Shown: positions 60,757 to 64,000 of the stretch, piece by piece | How positions within the stretch are numbered: the stretch's first letter is position 1 | Layout of the letters: every line of letters begins with the position of its first letter | NCBI GenBank assembly: GCA_964596545.1 | Contig: CAZQUP010000001.1 | Location: 70,181 to 134,180 of the forward strand | Reading direction: 5' to 3' | Origin: an uncultured Desulfatibacillum sp. | Lineage (GTDB): Bacteria > Desulfobacterota > Desulfobacteria > Desulfobacterales > SpSt-501 | Length of the DNA: 64,000 nucleotides | Made by a program: the position numbers and the translations under genes | Notes under the pieces: generated by a model | What the model was told of the DNA's origin: nothing | Seen by the model: the letters and a program-made list of their open reading frames with translations, nothing else | Database searches by the model: none

Positions 60757-61767
60757 GTGGAGTCGGCCAATCCCGGCGTCCTTCTCTCCGTCGAGGGACT
60801 GACCGTCCGCTTCCGGCGGCAGGAGGAAAGCTTCCACGCCGTCGAAGGATTGGATCTCTCCGTCCGGCGGGGGGAAACCGTCTGCCTCGTGGGCGAGTCC
60901 GGCTGCGGCAAAACCGTGACCGCGCTTTCCGTGATGGGCCTTCTTCCCCGGCCGGTTGCGGAAATCGCCACCGGCCGGATCCGCTTCGACGGGATCGACC
61001 TCGCGGCCGGAGCGCCGGACTACCCGCCAGGCATCCGCGGCCGACGCCTGGCGATGGTCTTCCAGGAGCCGCTCACCTCGCTCAACCCGGTTCTTTCGAT
61101 CGGCGATCAGATCTCCGAGGGGCTTTTGTTCCACCGTCGGCTCTCCGCGCGGCGGGCGCGCGAGCGTGCGCGGGAGCTGCTCGCCGAAGTGGGGCTTTCG
61201 CGACCGGAACAGAGGCTTTCCGATTATCCGCACCGCTTGAGCGGCGGTGAGCGCCAACGGGTCATGATCGCGACCGCCCTCGCCTGCGATCCGGAGCTCT
61301 TGATCGCCGATGAGCCGACGACGGCGCTCGATGTGACCGTGCAAGCGCAGATTTTGCGACTTCTCCGGGCGCTCCAGGAAAACCGCGATCTTTCGATGCT
61401 CTACATCACCCACGACCTCGGGGTCGTAGCCCGGATCGCCGAGCGGGTGGCCGTGATGTATGCCGGCGAAGGGGTCGAGACGGGGCCGGCAGGCGAAATC
61501 CTGCGGCACCCGCTGCACCCCTACACGGCGGCGTTGCTCGATGCGCTTCCCGGGCGCGGCAAACGCGGCCGGCGCCTCGCCGCCATCCCGGGGGCAGTCC
61601 CGCATCCCGCCGCGCGGCCGCCGGGGTGCGCGTTTCATCCGCGCTGCCCGCGGGTAGAACCCGCCTGCCGCCGGCAGCGACCGAGGCTGATCCCGGTGAC
61701 GAGCGCGCGGGCCGTCCGTTGTCCCGTGACCGCCGGTACGCTCGGCGGGGAGGATGCCGGACGATGA
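60757..61767 (+). CDS. ABC transporter ATP-binding protein (DppD/OppD type)
   Basis: GTG start 4 nt after the permease stop. Walker A GESGCGKT, signature LSGGERQR, Walker [13 protein letters not shown] and the C-terminal oligopeptide-type HPYT motif are present. Confidence 0.85.
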   Translation: MESANPGVLLSVEGLTVRFRRQEESFHAVEGLDLSVRRGETVCLVGESGCGKTVTALSVMGLLPRPVAEIATGRIRFDGIDLAAGAPDYPPGIRGRRLAMVFQEPLTSLNPVLSIGDQISEGLLFHRRLSARRARERARELLAEVGLSRPEQRLSDYPHRLSGGERQRVMIATALACDPELLIADEPTTALDVTVQAQILRLLRALQENRDLSMLYITHDLGVVARIAERVAVMYAGEGVETGPAGEILRHPLHPYTAALLDALPGRGKRGRRLAAIPGAVPHPAARPPGCAFHPRCPRVEPACRRQRPRLIPVTSARAVRCPVTAGTLGGEDAGR

Positions 61768-62750
61768 ACCGAAGCACATGCCCGGGCGACACGCCGATTC
61801 TCGCCGCCCGGAACCTCGTCAAACGCTATCCCCGGGGGCGGGAAAGGTTCCGCTCGCAGCCCGCCGACGGGATCGAGGCCGTGTCCGGGGTTTCCTTCGA
61901 ACTGGCATGCGGGGAAACCCTCGGCCTCGTCGGGGAGTCCGGTTGCGGCAAGACCACCCTCGCCCGCATGCTTCTCAAGCTTTTGCCCGCCGACGAAGGA
62001 AAGATCCTCTATCGCGGGGTGGATCTCGTGCCTCTCTCCGAGGCCGAGATGCGGCCGCTGCGCCGCAGGATCCAGATCGTCTTTCAAGACCCCTACGGCT
62101 CGCTCAATCCCCGGCTGACCATCGGCCAAGCCCTCCGGGACGGGCTGCGCCTGGCCGGGATCACCGGCCGCGGGGCGGTCCGACACAGGATCGCCACCTT
62201 GCTCGAACGGGTCGGGCTTCCCGCCTCGGCGGCGGACCGCTATCCGCACGAATTCAGCGGCGGACAGCGCCAGCGGATCGGCATCGCCCGCGCCCTGTCC
62301 GTCGAGCCCGAAATCCTCGTCTGCGACGAGCCGGTCTCGGCCCTCGACGTCTCGATCCAAGCGCAGATCCTGAATCTCTTGGGCGATCTCCGGGAGGACC
62401 TGAGCTTGAGCTGCCTCTTCATCTCCCACGACTTGAACGTCGTGGGTTACTTCTGTCGCCGGATCGCCGTCATGGTCCACGGCCGCATTGTGGAGGAAGC
62501 CCCCGCCGAGACCCTCTTTGACAATCCCCTCCACCCCTACACGCGGCAGCTGCTTGCGGCGGCGGCCGACCCGCTGCGGTCGGTTGCGCACGCAGTTGCC
62601 TCGGCTCGGGCCCAAGCGGCTTCGTCGGCTTCGCCGCACGCCTGCATCGCCTATCCGGCCTGCCCCGAGGCCGCCTCCGCATGCCGGGCCTGGGCGGGCG
62701 ACTTGACGGATGCGGGGGGAGGGCACTATGTCCGGTGCCTGCAGAGCTAA
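61764..62750 (+). CDS. ABC transporter ATP-binding protein (DppF/OppF type)
   Basis: The ATG overlaps the upstream stop (ATGA). Walker [10 protein letters not shown], signature FSGGQRQR, Walker [13 protein letters not shown] and HPYT are present. Confidence 0.85.
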   Translation: MNRSTCPGDTPILAARNLVKRYPRGRERFRSQPADGIEAVSGVSFELACGETLGLVGESGCGKTTLARMLLKLLPADEGKILYRGVDLVPLSEAEMRPLRRRIQIVFQDPYGSLNPRLTIGQALRDGLRLAGITGRGAVRHRIATLLERVGLPASAADRYPHEFSGGQRQRIGIARALSVEPEILVCDEPVSALDVSIQAQILNLLGDLREDLSLSCLFISHDLNVVGYFCRRIAVMVHGRIVEEAPAETLFDNPLHPYTRQLLAAAADPLRSVAHAVASARAQAASSASPHACIAYPACPEAASACRAWAGDLTDAGGGHYVRCLQS

Positions 62751-62773
62751 GACCCTTACAAGGAAAATCGCTC

Positions 62774-63973
62774 ATGGAGACCGCCGACCGCCGCACACCC
62801 CAGGAGGAAATCGACCGCCGCCTCGCCGCCCTGCAGCAGGTGCTATGCCGCCGCGAAATCGACCTCGCGCTGGTGATCCAGAAAACCGATCTTTTCTATT
62901 TCAGCGGTACGATCCAACAGGCGGTCCTGGTCGTGCCGGCCGAGGGCCGGGCGCTGCTGCTCGTCAACAAGTCGCTCGACCGGGCCCGCGGGGAAACCCC
63001 CCTCCAAGCGGTCTTTCCCCTGGGGAGCACGCGCGATCTTCCCCGACGGATCGCCGAGGCCGGGCTTCCCGCGCCGCGGCGCATCGGCCTCGAACTGGAT
63101 GTTCTGCCGGCCAACCTCTACTTTTCCTACCGCGGGCTCTTTCCGGAAGCCGAGATCGTGGACGTCTCGACCGACATCCGGCTGCTGCGGGCGGTAAAGT
63201 CCCCCTGGGAGATGGAGCGGATCCGCGAGGCGGCCGCCCTTTCCGACCGGGTTGCCGCCTGTGTGCCCGAGCTTCTGCGCGAGGGGATGACCGAGGTCGA
63301 GCTCGCCGGCCGAGTGGAAGCCGAGGCCCGCCGCCTGGGACACCCGGGAATCGTCCGCATGCGCCTGTGGGGCAGCGAGCTCTTCTACGGGCATCTCCTC
63401 TCGGGCCCTTCCGGCGCGGTGCCGAGCTACCTCTCCTCGCCGACCGGCGGCAGCGGGGTCGACCCCGCCGTCGCCCAGAGCGCCGGTTTTCGCCGCATCG
63501 GGCGCAACGAGCCGATCCTCGTCGATTACGTCTTTGTCCGTTCGGGGTACATCTCGGACCATGCACGGATCTTTTCTTTAGGTCCTCTCGCCCCGGATCT
63601 CGAGCGCGCCCATCGGGCGATGATCGACCTGCAGCACCGCCTCCGAGAATTCGCGCGCCCCGGCGTCGCCTCGGGCGAGGTTTACGCTTTCGCCCTGCAG
63701 CAGGCGGAAGCGGAAGGTTACGGGGAGCATTTCATGGGCTTCGGGCCGGAGCGCATCCGCTTCGTCGGACACGGCGTGGGGCTCGAGCTGGACGAATTCC
63801 CCTTCCTGAACGCCGGGCAAAGCTTGACACTCGCCGAAAACATGGTCGTCGCCCTCGAGCCCAAGCTCATCTTTCCCGGCGTCGGCGTGGTCGGGGTCGA
63901 AAACACCCACCGCGTGACGGCGACGGGACTTGAGCCTTTCGGTCGCTACCCGGATGAGATCACGGTCGTCTGA
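62774..63973 (+). CDS. M24-family metallopeptidase (Xaa-Pro aminopeptidase/creatinase fold)
   Basis: Internal ATG (METADRRTPQEEIDRRL). AVKSPWEMERIREAA, VDYVFVRSGYISDHARIF, GHGVGLELDE, VVALEP and GVENTHRVT supply the expected metal-ligand positions. Confidence 0.75.
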   Translation: METADRRTPQEEIDRRLAALQQVLCRREIDLALVIQKTDLFYFSGTIQQAVLVVPAEGRALLLVNKSLDRARGETPLQAVFPLGSTRDLPRRIAEAGLPAPRRIGLELDVLPANLYFSYRGLFPEAEIVDVSTDIRLLRAVKSPWEMERIREAAALSDRVAACVPELLREGMTEVELAGRVEAEARRLGHPGIVRMRLWGSELFYGHLLSGPSGAVPSYLSSPTGGSGVDPAVAQSAGFRRIGRNEPILVDYVFVRSGYISDHARIFSLGPLAPDLERAHRAMIDLQHRLREFARPGVASGEVYAFALQQAEAEGYGEHFMGFGPERIRFVGHGVGLELDEFPFLNAGQSLTLAENMVVALEPKLIFPGVGVVGVENTHRVTATGLEPFGRYPDEITVV

Positions 63974-64000
63974 GCACCGATCGCCACGGCGGCCGCCCTT

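Overview
GC-rich bacterial chromosomal segment (about two-thirds G+C by eye, third codon positions almost always G/C). I call about 45 protein genes and one tRNA-Arg(UCU). I found no rRNA, CRISPR array, transposase or phage genes; xerD is the only recombinase. Gene content (tungsten-type aldehyde:ferredoxin oxidoreductase, ER-first pfa gene order) fits an anaerobic deltaproteobacterium-like organism, but that is a weak inference. The main feature is a PUFA-synthase-like lipid cluster: pfaD and pfaA at 11.0-18.9 kb, and pfaC at 27.2-32.4 kb. pfaC is tightly coupled to a complete oleABCD head-to-head olefin pathway (32.4-37.1 kb), followed by a stand-alone PocR sensor-domain gene. The cluster is split by 8 kb of unrelated genes. 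Its single ACP is bracketed by a perfect 77-bp direct repeat. Other points worth a second look:
- a gdhA whose catalytic lysine is replaced by histidine
- an RpoH-type sigma factor with a roughly 165-aa basic N-terminal extension
- an SPFH/triple-zinc-ribbon gene coupled to an internally duplicated zinc-ribbon partner
- bcsB-bcsZ-bcsC with no bcsA
- an ExeA-AAA/OmpA fusion
- an orphan larE coupled to a secreted retropepsin
- a divergent promoter region with 10-bp-phased AT-rich repeats
- a peptide ABC system with unusual insertions
All functional calls come from reading the supplied translations, my own translation of the truncated first gene, and recalled family motifs. No BLAST, HMM, folding or statistics were run. 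Many long ORFs in the track are antisense shadows typical of high-GC DNA and were rejected.
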